Part shown: positions 22,421 through 33,854 of the stretch, piece after piece
Layout of the letters: the number at the start of each line of letters is the position of its first letter
Position numbering within the stretch: position 1 is the stretch's first letter
From: Corallochytrium limacisporum Hawaii
Taxonomy: Eukaryota > Protista > Pluriformea
NCBI GenBank assembly: GCA_002811645.1
Contig: PDIP01000113.1
Span: 40,938-104,937, forward strand
Direction of reading: 5' to 3'
Length of the DNA: 64,000 nt
Translations under genes and position numbers: made by a program
Notes under the pieces: generated by a model
The model's input: the letters and a program-made list of their open reading frames with translations, nothing else
Told to the model about the DNA's origin: nothing
Databases searched by the model: none

Positions 22421-25400
22421 ATGCAACGCCTTCTTGTCTTGCTGATCATCGGGAGCGTGCATGTAGAGGCACAAGAGCAGGACTTAACAGATGTCACGGA
22501 CCCGCTGCAGGGTGCGTACACACTCTTTGCTATGTACGACCTCTACTATCCCAAGATGTTTCGCAATAACGACCACGCATTTGTCCACCCAAATCAATGG
22601 AAAGTCAGGGACGATTACGCGTACGAACGCATTGCGCCACACCAATACCGCGCAGACTGTGATCCTTATGCAAGTTTGGGTCAGAACCTCGAAAGCATTC
22701 CTGCACGACTCTTCGACCTCCCGTACGACACCATAGTCCACCTGCTGCCAAAGACGAATAGTGGAAGTAACTGCGGAGGGGATTTTCGCATGACAATCCA
22801 GCAGCCATATTCGGTGGCTTTCATGACTCACGACGTCGGCTCCCACGACAATGTCTCAGGCAGCACAGAAGTGAGAAGTGTTGCAGCCGACTTCACCGGC
22901 AATGGATTTCATGATGTCTTCAGCGTGGCGACCAGCTACAACTCCAGGACTCCAACATACTTTCTCACCCGGGCGGTCGATTCCTACGACTCTTCCAAAG
23001 GCTTAGAAACCATTCGACGGACCGGTACCCAAAATGAAGCCACCGGCTGGGGCCGTGCCACTGCGGGCGATTTCGACGGTGATGGTAACATGGATGTAGC
23101 TTACGTGAACAGTGACCGCATCGTGATCGTGACTGTGTGCGGTCGTGTCTTTGAAGGCGTCTGCAATGGAAAGGTACTTGGGGACGTGGTGAAACGCCCG
23201 ATGATTGACACGGGCATGCACCGCAACAACAACATGCAATCGGCTGAAGTTGTCGCCGGGAAATACGTTACCCATACGGCACAGGATGACCTCTTCTATA
23301 CACATGTCGATCACAGCCAGAACAGTGTCATGCTCTACACGTTTGATGAGAATATGAATGCCAAAATGGTACACCGATCTGACTCGAGTTCTCCTCAGAA
23401 CGCGATCGTCATGGCCGATGCGGGCCCAGTCGACTTCTGGGGCCGCGGAGACTCCGCAGTCTTTGCGGTCGATCACTACGTCAATAAGGAACTCATCATG
23501 TGGCACGTCACATTCGACGGGCCTGCTGACAAGCCAATGAGATTTCACCGGTATCAAACCAACAAAGGTGGCTGGAGGCTCCGTGGTCTTGCCGCTGGGC
23601 GATACAGAAATCTCCCCGATGATGGCCCTACGAAGCCCGATGAATTTGACGGCTTTGGTATCGCAGCGATCTTTGTTACAGACGGTGGTAGTGGGGCGCT
23701 TGAGTTTTTCAAGATCGGAGACGACCAAAAGCCTGTCCGGCTCTGGGGAAGCGAGAAGGGCGCTGGGTCCATACCAGGTACCCCGTCAGGATACAGTCTC
23801 CTCGATGAACCGTTCAAATTCGTTGGGAGGGCGCGAAACTTTCTCTACAAAGGTGATTTGCAGGGTCGAAGCGTCAAACTGGGCGCACCTGACATCCTGC
23901 GAGTTCCACAGCACATGCAGCCTTGGATTGCTATCGGTAAACCGCCGATGCATGTCGATATCATTCAGCCTTGGGGTTTTACAGAGCGCACGCTCTTCAA
24001 CTTCAGTGCCGTACCATCCGACTTCTACACCAAGTTCAGCATGAGCCAGGAGGACCAAACGCAGTCGTCGCACACGGCCAAGACTGCAGAGACCCATGCC
24101 GTTGACGTTACAATTTTTGGCAAGAAGTCGTTCGGTGCCAAATTGAACAGTGTGAATATTGAATTCGAGGCTGGAGGTGGTTATGCCAAAGAGGAGTGGG
24201 TCGACGACACCTACAGTACCTACCAAAAGCAGCGTTTTGACCTCAGCCAGCAGACTGGCACGTCTGACTTGGTTGGAGTCAGCGGCCAACGTAAGACTTA
24301 TTACATATATCCCGTCATCGGCCAGACGACCTGCCCCGACGAAATGGAAACCTGTAGCCCAGCAGAGGAGGTCCCGCTCAACTGGATAGTGGCAATGCCC
24401 GATCAAACCTTCAGCGAGTTGAAAGGGGCAGAGTTGCTGGAATGGTACCAGCCAATTCACGAGCCTTTTAACGTTTTCTCGTACCCTTGGCATCATGATC
24501 AGCTCAAGTTCGATACTCCTGACCTCAAATTGCTGACCAATACGAACATTCCGTCGTTCGCAACGGACAGCGCTGCTGCGACCTATCAGCTCCAGTGGAG
24601 CGCAGGAGCCGGCGAAAGTCAGACGACCGGGACCAAAGAGACTGGAAGCTGGCACACCAAGTTCTCGCTTAGTGTGGGAAGCCCGAAATGGGCGGAACAC
24701 GCGCTAGGTAAACACTACTCAGCTGGTGTCAAGGCTGCCTACAACGGGAGTAAATCGTGGGGTGATGTGGATACAAGTTCAACATCGCTAGGTGCTTCGC
24801 AGGGCGTCAAGATCGCCAAGCCGGGTTCTCTGCCTGACGGACAGCACTACGCGTACGGCATGAAGCCCTACATCTTCAGTGAAGGTCTGCCGGAATGGTC
24901 GACAAAGTCAGGAGATGATCTCGTGGACATCCTTGATGAGGCCGACCAGGCTGCCTGGGGCGCACTCACGGTCGCCTACACGGTGGACGTGGACCCCACA
25001 AACAGTATCGGTAGCTTCTGGGCAACTAGTCCGTATCGAACGCACATCGACATTGCGCTCAACAACCCAGTCCGCTACCAGTTGAAGGTTGGCAAGATTC
25101 GGGGTGGCAGTGGAGAGGAGGTTCCCAAAAACTGTATTCCGGCGGCTTTGAATCAGGACAAGCTGAACTGCATGCTTTTCCGGGTGCCGATTGAGGATGA
25201 CGAACTCATTTGGAATGACGCCTTCTACAGGATGCGTGGATTCTTTATGAGACCATATTCGGAAATTGGCGCCGATGGGCCGGCTCGGGCGACCGCCGAC
25301 GAGGGCGATCAGATGTTGCTCGAGGTACGTGTATACAACTACAGCATGCTTGACATGCCACCAAACTCCAAGGTAAAGGTCCGATTTTATAGGCAGGAAA

Positions 25401-26215
25401 TGGATAGCTGGCTGTACCGTCCAGTTGGCGACAGCGTCTTGGTTGGTGAGGACACGTTGTTGGCGAGTTCTGGCGGTGGTGCGATTCGCGGGCATTCGAA
25501 TGCGGACAACGAAGCAAACTGGAGAATGGCGAGCACGGTGTGGGATACAACGGGACTCGGTAACACATACTTCAGCTTCTGGGTCGTAGCCTGGGCCGAA
25601 GATGCGGATGGCAACCTCATCGAAGAGCTGCAGGACCACGGGCTTGACGCAGAGAAGTGGAGCCAGTTCATTGGAAACAGCCCAACGCAAACTATTCGCA
25701 GCATTGTCGATGTGCCACTCGAGTACGTCACACTGCTGGGCATTGGAGACATCCCTGACCCAAATGGAGAAGTTGAGCCCATTGAGATGGAAGCATCATT
25801 CACGAACAACGTTGGATTTTTCAAACAGCTCATCTACGTGTTACCCCCAGAATCCGAACTGCCGTCCCGCAGGCGCACGACCTTCCTCCACACGGACGGC
25901 AAGCTCGACATAGTAGACCTAGAGCTCAGCGCATCCACGGTGGAGTTTGGGAAGGAGGTTGCGCTTTATGCCAAAGTATTCTCGTACGGAGAGGCTACGG
26001 AGGGCCTGGCCATCAAAGTTTCACTTGGAGATCCAGATTTTGGCGCCGAGACTGTCGACATGGAGCTGCTGCCTTACATTGGAGCTGACGATGCCATAGG
26101 CATTCGAACAACGTTCCGTGGCTCCCCATGCGGCATTCACAATGTGACAGTGATTGCCGGTCTCGGCAAGAAAACCGAGGTACGGGCCTCCACAGCACTC
26201 GAGGTAGTTTGCTAA
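22421..26215 (+). CDS. Large secreted protein with FG-GAP/VCBS-like repeats, Ser/Thr-rich beta segments and C-terminal Ig/CARDB-like domains; bacterial-like
   Basis: The ORF is open from 22382 (1277 aa). The Met at 22421 begins a signal-peptide-like MQRLLVLLIIGSVHVEA. Repeat motifs include ADFTGNGFHDV, AGDFDGDGNMDVA and AGPVDFWGRGD. Confidence 0.8.
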   Translation: MQRLLVLLIIGSVHVEAQEQDLTDVTDPLQGAYTLFAMYDLYYPKMFRNNDHAFVHPNQWKVRDDYAYERIAPHQYRADCDPYASLGQNLESIPARLFDLPYDTIVHLLPKTNSGSNCGGDFRMTIQQPYSVAFMTHDVGSHDNVSGSTEVRSVAADFTGNGFHDVFSVATSYNSRTPTYFLTRAVDSYDSSKGLETIRRTGTQNEATGWGRATAGDFDGDGNMDVAYVNSDRIVIVTVCGRVFEGVCNGKVLGDVVKRPMIDTGMHRNNNMQSAEVVAGKYVTHTAQDDLFYTHVDHSQNSVMLYTFDENMNAKMVHRSDSSSPQNAIVMADAGPVDFWGRGDSAVFAVDHYVNKELIMWHVTFDGPADKPMRFHRYQTNKGGWRLRGLAAGRYRNLPDDGPTKPDEFDGFGIAAIFVTDGGSGALEFFKIGDDQKPVRLWGSEKGAGSIPGTPSGYSLLDEPFKFVGRARNFLYKGDLQGRSVKLGAPDILRVPQHMQPWIAIGKPPMHVDIIQPWGFTERTLFNFSAVPSDFYTKFSMSQEDQTQSSHTAKTAETHAVDVTIFGKKSFGAKLNSVNIEFEAGGGYAKEEWVDDTYSTYQKQRFDLSQQTGTSDLVGVSGQRKTYYIYPVIGQTTCPDEMETCSPAEEVPLNWIVAMPDQTFSELKGAELLEWYQPIHEPFNVFSYPWHHDQLKFDTPDLKLLTNTNIPSFATDSAAATYQLQWSAGAGESQTTGTKETGSWHTKFSLSVGSPKWAEHALGKHYSAGVKAAYNGSKSWGDVDTSSTSLGASQGVKIAKPGSLPDGQHYAYGMKPYIFSEGLPEWSTKSGDDLVDILDEADQAAWGALTVAYTVDVDPTNSIGSFWATSPYRTHIDIALNNPVRYQLKVGKIRGGSGEEVPKNCIPAALNQDKLNCMLFRVPIEDDELIWNDAFYRMRGFFMRPYSEIGADGPARATADEGDQMLLEVRVYNYSMLDMPPNSKVKVRFYRQEMDSWLYRPVGDSVLVGEDTLLASSGGGAIRGHSNADNEANWRMASTVWDTTGLGNTYFSFWVVAWAEDADGNLIEELQDHGLDAEKWSQFIGNSPTQTIRSIVDVPLEYVTLLGIGDIPDPNGEVEPIEMEASFTNNVGFFKQLIYVLPPESELPSRRRTTFLHTDGKLDIVDLELSASTVEFGKEVALYAKVFSYGEATEGLAIKVSLGDPDFGAETVDMELLPYIGADDAIGIRTTFRGSPCGIHNVTVIAGLGKKTEVRASTALEVVC

Positions 26216-27534
26216 CATGGCCGAAGAATCAATGGAGGACACGGCTATGATGGGACTTCACCCTCGCTGGCTCTTGTCCGTTGTCGCGAGCCGCCTACCC
26301 GACTTCAGATGTACTAAGGTGCCGGCTGAGTGAAAGAGAAAAACCCCGACATAGGAGAGTTTACAGCGCAGATTGAGAAAGCATTGTACAACCCATGGCG
26401 AAACACGAGCAATCGAATAGTAAATGTTCCAATATTTGCCCCCCACTTTTTTTCTTTGGTTGATTGGGTGCTGAATGTTCCCTACCCCCATCGTCTACCC
26501 CTCCCAGTAAGGAGAGAGAACGAATGGAGGTGAAGGGACCCAGTGCATGGGTAAGAGAGGAAGGAAAGGGCATCCCGTGGGTGGGGGGGGGGGGGCGGAA
26601 CCAAATGCTAGCGGTACTTCAGTATTCTCTCATTGTTTTAGCGTAGAAAATCAACCGAATTACTCCCTTCGTAATTTTTCCTTGCTTTACTTCGCTGCAG
26701 ATGGTCCGTGGCTGGTTGAACTGTGTTCCATCTACGGTGGCATCTGTACATAGCGAAACAATGAATTCAGGAGCACTCGGGATCTTTGAACAGCAGACAA
26801 GGCAGTCTGCCGATCAGGTCCACCGCTTCAAGCCCTTGGAGTTGACTGTCAGATCAGGGCACGACGTGTTTCTCGTCCTTGTGGAACGTCGGTATCCAAA
26901 CACAATACGACAAAAAGCAGCACGCATGACAGTGTTGTTTAAGAATAGAAAAATACACTGGATCTGTGGATTCCGCCTCGCGGCCAAGCCAAGGATCTCA
27001 CTTACTAACCAACCACCCAGCTTGGCCTCAGACGGGCGCAGCGCTCGCGCTGTAAACGTCTTCCCCGCCCTCGCTTTCCTCCACCGGCCCGTTGCAGAAC
27101 ACCGCAAACAGAAACGGATAAAGTACAGTGGGTGCCGCATCACACTGCTCCGAAAGGAATTGCTAATGTTCGCGACAGTGTGCGACACAACAGAATATCG
27201 ACTTTTGAAGACGATCAGTGGGAGGCGAGAACCCGACTTGTTCTTAGGTGCAAGATAGAGATAGCGGGAGATCTTGGGCAAAAGACATTGGAGATTAGCA
27301 TCCCACTCGCAATTCTGTCCAGTTGTGCGTGCGCTGCCTGCGTGCGTGCCTGCGCGTTTGGGATTATTTCTAACAAGCGGGTGAGACGACGAAGGACGAG
27401 TTGAGTTGGGCGGCTTTCCTTCTTTCAGTCTCCGGTTATTGTCTTTTTAGTGGTTTCTCTAATGAATTGCGCTCTTGACACTTGTGCTTGTCCTTTCTGC
27501 TTTTCTTCCCCCAGTAAGCAACCATCGCGATTAG

Positions 27535-27582
27535 TCACACACAGACTGGAGGAGTGTTTCACACACAGACTGGAGGAGTGTT
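27535..27582. repeat. Exact 24-bp tandem duplication
   Basis: tcacacacagactggaggagtgtt occurs twice. Confidence 0.9.
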
Positions 27583-30500
27583 TGGGTGATTATGGCATGG
27601 GCCTTGCTGGCCATGATTTCCTTAAGCGGAATGGATGTGAAGCATAGCTGTTGGATTCTCATCACAGACGTAGTCTCCCCTGCCTGTGTGACTAGGCTTT
27701 CTCTCTTGAACTGACCTTGACATTTACAACTCACATCTTTTTGATCCAAGCCAGTGCTCGCGGAGAAATTTTCCGAACAGACGGGGTAGGTGAGATCATT
27801 TCAACAGCTGTTCCCCATTTCCACCGTGGCAAGCTATGGGACGGCCGGGTAGTGAATATTGAACACGAAATGTAAGTTTCCCCACTCCCCCGGTCTACGT
27901 CGCCGCTAGTTTCGAAGCGCAAGCGCTTACCTCGGGCTCCAGTACGTGGGCGGTAGGTGTGGGCGTCGGGGTCAAATCCTCGTTGCCCTCCGAATCTGCC
28001 TGCGCTGTGGACCATTCATCCATTGAACACTCCTATTGAATTACTACCAGACCCCGCACAAGGGCACCCAACATGATTGGAACATGCACATAAATCGGGC
28101 CAGGGAAACGATGGTGGTGGGTACCGGGGCTGTACAAATCTGACTGCTAGCTCCGGAAGAAAGAAACAATGATGAAAGGATGCTCGGTGTTGCTAGTGGT
28201 CGATTATAGTATGCTAAGCAATGTCGGTGTAAGTACTTCCTGCGCTCGTCAAGGCCTTCTCGCTGCACAGGGAACTGATTTCAATGATCTCTCCCTGGGC
28301 TTAAAAAACCACGTCCACTGTTGGGAGGTAACCTCATTGTCTGCAGAGAAATTCTTCTATTTCTACTGAGCGGTACAGCGGTGCCAACCTACAGCACAAA
28401 GCACCCAGCAACCAGAAAGTAAATCGAGGGAAGGAAAGAACGGATGGAATATAAAAATTTGCAGTTATGTGGCCGAACCTTCCCTCACTGTAACCGGGGT
28501 TGGGGATTTACGAGGGCACAATTGGGTAGAAAGACAGTGCCTCATCTGAAAGCCTGGGCGGTCTGGTTACCAGGATGTCCCATTCTTTCCAGAGGCGGCC
28601 CTTTCAATTAATCCGCAAAGAACCCTCGTCCACTATACGTACTTCCCAATCTCTTCCTTAAGGTAAAATGCTTCAGGGCAGGAAAGATGGCCATTAAATC
28701 CTGTGGACATCCGTCGAGGATCTGTCCACGCTTAGATGATTTGGCAACACTGGAAGAAATCCTCCGTACGATAAGGGGCAGCATGATCCGATGGCTTCCA
28801 AGAAGTAGTATATCGCTGTCCTAAGAACAGTAAGTAACGTGGATCTGTTCCTGTACTGAGCTGATCTTCTACGTCAACGGAACATCCTATGGCGACATTG
28901 ACATCTTGATCAACTTCCTTTGAGTTGATCCATGCCGCTTGCAAGTTTGTTTATATGTGATGGTCTTCGACAGTTGTGATACGCGTCAAGTGCCCAGAAG
29001 GAAGGAGGGAGGGATGTTGGACACCTCTTTCTTTCGTCGGTGACCTGGAGACGAAATGTGACATCCTCCTGCCTCACCTTCGTTTATCTTCTCAGTGTTC
29101 CTGCATATACTCGCAGTTTCAGCCAATAAACAGCAGGTAGCACCCAGTACTCATTACAGGAACGGGGTCGGCTGGGCCTGTCTCTTGTTGAAACTGCACG
29201 AATCGAAGTTGACAGGTTTTCTCGGCTTGCATTCCGTTTGGAGGATCTCGTTGTGAAACAGCCTTTCCTCCACGTTGTGTGGATCTCAGGATTGTGAGCG
29301 GCCATGGGCTGTGGACGAATTGCCCTAGTAGCGTAAAATATTTGTATATGTAGCAGAGAAACGTGAACTGGAACACAGCAATTAGGGGGTTGCCAGTGAT
29401 AAAAACGAAACGGAAAGCCTTTGAAACCAAATTCTGAACGGTCAATGCGCAGGACCCCCCCCCCCGGGGGCAGCTCGTTCGAATTATTGAAAGTGAAGGC
29501 CTTTATTTCTGCACACAGTGCAACAAAGAAACGCCTCGAGGAGGGAGAGTTAGAAAAAGCTGTTGTCCGCGCGAGCAAGCTCTTAGTGGTTGCTGGTGGT
29601 CTACGTATCATATTGAGGAAGGAGGCATTTCAGAAAATTTAGCGCATCATCAACAGTAAAGGTAGAAACCAAAAAATCGCAGTACGCTCGAGGATGTGAG
29701 AACGATTTGGCCCCTGCACGCGATGTCGCGCGTTTCCAAATTGTACATATTCGAAGTATGGCCCAGAGGCCCATGACAGATGTTTTATGTAGTGGCCTTT
29801 GGCAGCCAAAATCGTCCGTCCGCGCGCTCCCATCGATGTTACTTGGGGGTAGGAGGCTGTCTACCTCCTTGATTCTGCATTTGTGCAGGGAAGAGAACAT
29901 GTGCACTGTGTGTGCTTCTCACTGCAAGCTAACTTTTGCGTTCCTTCGTTTTGGTATTTCCTAAGGTTTTCTTTTTGGATGGTAACAGATCCGGCTCGTG
30001 GTCAGCGATGGTCCTCGCGTTCTTGACAGGTCACCACATTGGCAAATGACAATAACCAAAAACACTGTGCGGCTTGAGAATTGAGCATTGGCAAACCCAA
30101 TTACACTGTCCTTTGAAGCTCTGGACACGTTCGCAGAGTATTCTGAATTTACTACTATCGTACCAGTCAATACAAAATCTCATCGCGCGTCGGCGTAGCA
30201 CATGGCCTCCCCGCCGCTGGTATTACCTGAATCCGCTAATTTCGCTTGTCAACATTTGCTGCTTAAATAGGGCATAGCTCTCAGTTGCTGTGGGGATCAG
30301 AGCATGGTACTTTGGCCATGAAATGGGAAAGGAGAATAATCAGAGGGGCTGGCAAGCCGCACCTTCTGCTTGCTCAAGACCGTTTGTGACATTCACTGCA
30401 CTGTGGGTCAGAACATGCGACGCCCCCTGACGAACGCACAGCACAGGAAAATCATGGATGCGAAGCGGACGTCCCTTTCAAACTTGATCGCGCAGTGCAA

Positions 30501-32100
30501 CCAAAGACAGGCACACGCACACACACACTGCGGCAAGACCCGACGTACCTGTCACTACTCACCCTGCAGGTGTCGGAAGCGAAAGTGGACCAGTTCGCTC
30601 AATGACGGCAACGACTATTCCCTATTCCACAGACCAAAATCCGCATATCCCGTCATATCGACGAGAGTGTGTGTTCCTCCGTTAATTACTGCTTGCCGGA
30701 AGTAAACAAGGAACACAGATCCGCATTTGCCTACAAACCCAATGAACAACGGGAGCGTACAGAACAAAAAGAATTGATGAAAACCACTTTCCCGGTTGCT
30801 CGTGACAGAGGGGAAACCCCTTGAAGAACTCGAGGCACAAAATGCAGCGCGGGTTCCGACGAGAGAGAGAGAGAGAGGGGGCGAGGGAGGGAGATGGGGC
30901 GTTAGCACACGAGAGACCCGAGGGGTTCGGGTTCCGAAGCATGCCGTTCCCTGCTCCTCCGCTAGCCATGACAAGAAGCCCAAATCCCACCCCGCAAGTC
31001 AGAGGGTACGAAATTGAAGAACGCGAAGAACGCACCGAAAAGAAGGCCAAGAAAAAAAAAGAAAAAAAAGGAAAAGAAAAAAGAGAGGGGAGGGGGGGAG
31101 CTGGTAAGCAGAAATTCACAAGCGGGGGCGTTCAGCTGGCTTTTAACACTCCTCGCAACTCCTCGCCTCTGCAGGCCCCTTCGCAAGCTGTGCCCAGGTT
31201 TATCATCGCTTTTCGGAACGGCCATTTGGGGATACAGGTAGCGGTGCGGATGATTGATGACCCAATAACCACTGAACTCGAATTTCCTGGAGAACCGGGT
31301 AATAGCGCGAGCACAGGCAAACGGAGGGAAAGGGGAAGGAAGGGGAGGGAGGGGGGGTAAGGGGAAGAAGAGGAGAAAAGGGTGGGTAAGGGTTCCTCAG
31401 CCACCCTTGCACGGATACCTGACGGACTGGTTCAGAAAGTACACTGAACCGCCAACACAAACAGATCGTTCATGCCATAGGTGGACACCCTCAGCAATCG
31501 TTTCTTTGTTTCTTTGTTGGGGGGTTGGTTGGTTGATGCGCTTCATCGTTGTGTGGATGCGAGATGATAAGTTGCGGGAAATGAGGCAAGGTTGGGCGAA
31601 AAGGTACGGGGCCAGATGGGGCACAGAGAGAGAGGGGGAAAGACGCCAGTACCGAGTTCTCGTCTTCCCTTGTAGACCAGAGCATTTTTCGGTCGTAGAG
31701 CAGGGGCATTGCGGCACAATTCCGCTGCAGGGCGCTGTCTCCACAATCCATTTTGTACAGGGAGAAAGCAGGGAGGGGGAAAGGGGCGGAGGATAGGACC
31801 AGTACTGCTCCTCGTGCATTCGATTTGACACGGATGGAAAGGTGAATGTCGGGTGAGCCCGCAGCATTGGCCTACTTCGTACATAGTCGTCGATTGTGTA
31901 CCACCTAGCAGACGCTTCCTGATGAGCTATTTATGATGGAAAGCAAAGAGTGCAGGTACATCATTTAGGTACAACGTTACCTAGGTAGTAGTAGCATAAC
32001 ATAGTTAGCAAGTAGGTGCCATCACAGCGAAGGCTAGTGAGCGGCTGAAGAAATAGAAACAAGACAAAAGACAAACGAAGTTCTGGTTAGATTTGGAACC

Positions 32101-32586
32101 ATGGTGATGGGTCGTGTCCTCGCATCTCCGACATATCTTTGTAAGATTCGTGCACAGAAGACTACAGGATGTCGTACCACACTGATTTGCGACGAGAACA
32201 GCATATCTGCCAGGTTGCTGTCATTCATCTTGAAGGGAATGAATATGGAAGTCTCCATTGCTGGCAATGGAGAAGAAGCGACGAATATGGTTCAGATTCG
32301 CTGCTACGACTTTGTTTTTATCGACTTCTCTCGGTGTGCTGACGAAACCGAAGACATTCTGCGCGCAGTCCTACCACTTTCGAACCGAACAATTCTTGTG
32401 GGGATGAGCGCGGACCCTCAGGTGCCGGAAGAGTTCATAAATGCCATGGACTGCTTTCTGCCCAAGCCCTTCACAAAATCAACATTGGATGCATTGCTCC
32501 ATTACGAAACAAAGGGTCCTGCCACCCTTGCAGATAGCACCTCGCGCCTTACGGAGAACGGGATCAGCATCATGCAGGTTGAGTGA
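32101..32586 (+). CDS. Stand-alone response-regulator receiver (CheY-like) protein
   Basis: 161 aa. Motifs are TLICDENS (acidic pocket), AGNGEEA, YDFVFID (phospho-acceptor Asp), ILVGMSA and MDCFLPKPF (conserved Lys-Pro). Confidence 0.8.
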   Translation: MVMGRVLASPTYLCKIRAQKTTGCRTTLICDENSISARLLSFILKGMNMEVSIAGNGEEATNMVQIRCYDFVFIDFSRCADETEDILRAVLPLSNRTILVGMSADPQVPEEFINAMDCFLPKPFTKSTLDALLHYETKGPATLADSTSRLTENGISIMQVE

Positions 32587-33854
32587 TTACTAGCTCGTTG
32601 TCTGAGTTTACGAAAATTTCGATGCAGGTGCGGGCCTGCACACATCTGGATGTGTAGCCATCGCTCATTGTATTTAGTTCAAACACATCTGGAATTTTAC
32701 CCAATTTTAATCGAATCATCCTCCAGCGGTTTCATTGTGTTGGGGTAGACTACATTACATCAATATACCAATCGTACGCCATTGAAAGTTTTTTTCAAAG
32801 GAAATTGTTGAATTCAACCCCTGCAGGATTGAAGTTTGTGTCTTGACTAGTGACCGTCATTGACTGCCATTGAGAACTGGATCATTGTCTCCTCGCATGT
32901 ACACGACCCATGGTTCCACACCAATGCACATGTAGCCTCACAGTTATCCTTCGGTGTCGGTATATGTTTAGGATAAGCGTAGTAGAGACTAGCAGACCAA
33001 TAATCCACTGCGGAACATGTTCCAGAACGACTCTGCAAAGCGCCTGCGTCTTGTGTGATCATGACCCAGAGAGGCCCCCTGGACCGCAATGAGCAACCGA
33101 ATGGGGACCCGACCCAGATACAGACCCCCACTTCTACACACCACCGCCACCTTCGCCCGTGAGTAGGGGAGAGGGCTTACCGGGGGTAGGCAATGACAGA
33201 GGGGGTGGGTAGGGAAGGGGCAAGCGCACTTGACCTCCCCCCCCCAACCTCCCGCCAAAGATTGTACCCGGATCCACCGAGATTTTTACACACAATCTTA
33301 TCAGACACTGCAGCTTATTGGGGAAGAAAAGCTGGGTCGGTGGGGGGGGGACCCAATCCGACTGAAATCAACATAAATCATTTCAGAAGATTATTGCAGT
33401 GGACCCCCTCTCTCGTTCCCTCCTCAAACTCACTCCCATTTTTTAGCTTTTTCCGCAGAGGGATTTCCTGCCGAGAGACCCAGGGACTGGGCCGACAAGC
33501 TTGGGGAGGGGGCTTGAGTCGCGAGGCTGCTAGGGGGCCCGCTCCGCGGACCGTCCGCGCAACGGATGGAGCACGGCGACACTGATGGGTCGCATGTCCT
33601 GGGCATGGTGAAAGAGAAATACAGGAAGAGGACTGTGATAAGTGCGATACGATAAGATTTCTCCGTTTTTCCTGTTCCACTCATAGAGACTGATTTTCAC
33701 GCACATGAAGGTACGTGGGGATGTTCATTGAAAAGAATCACAACGGGTTGCGCCAGGTCAAGTAGTTTGGACCGTTAGTACGACATATGTACGCCATGAC
33801 ATAAGAGCAAGATCATACTGTCACCCAAAGACGGGTGATTTAGTTCACTTGACA

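Noticed and set aside
23003-25833. Long antisense ORFs (241-304 aa) within the FG-GAP gene, and similar ones inside other genes
   Set aside because: Shadow ORFs caused by codon bias of the real sense-strand genes.
26690-26900. Kinase-like fragment on the minus strand (EAVDLIGRL..LFKDP)
   Set aside because: A single short motif bounded by stop codons, with no other kinase subdomains found.
27940-27990. T-arm-like hairpin CGGGG-TCAAAT-CCTCG
   Set aside because: The loop is 6 nt and there is no cloverleaf or matching tRNA half.
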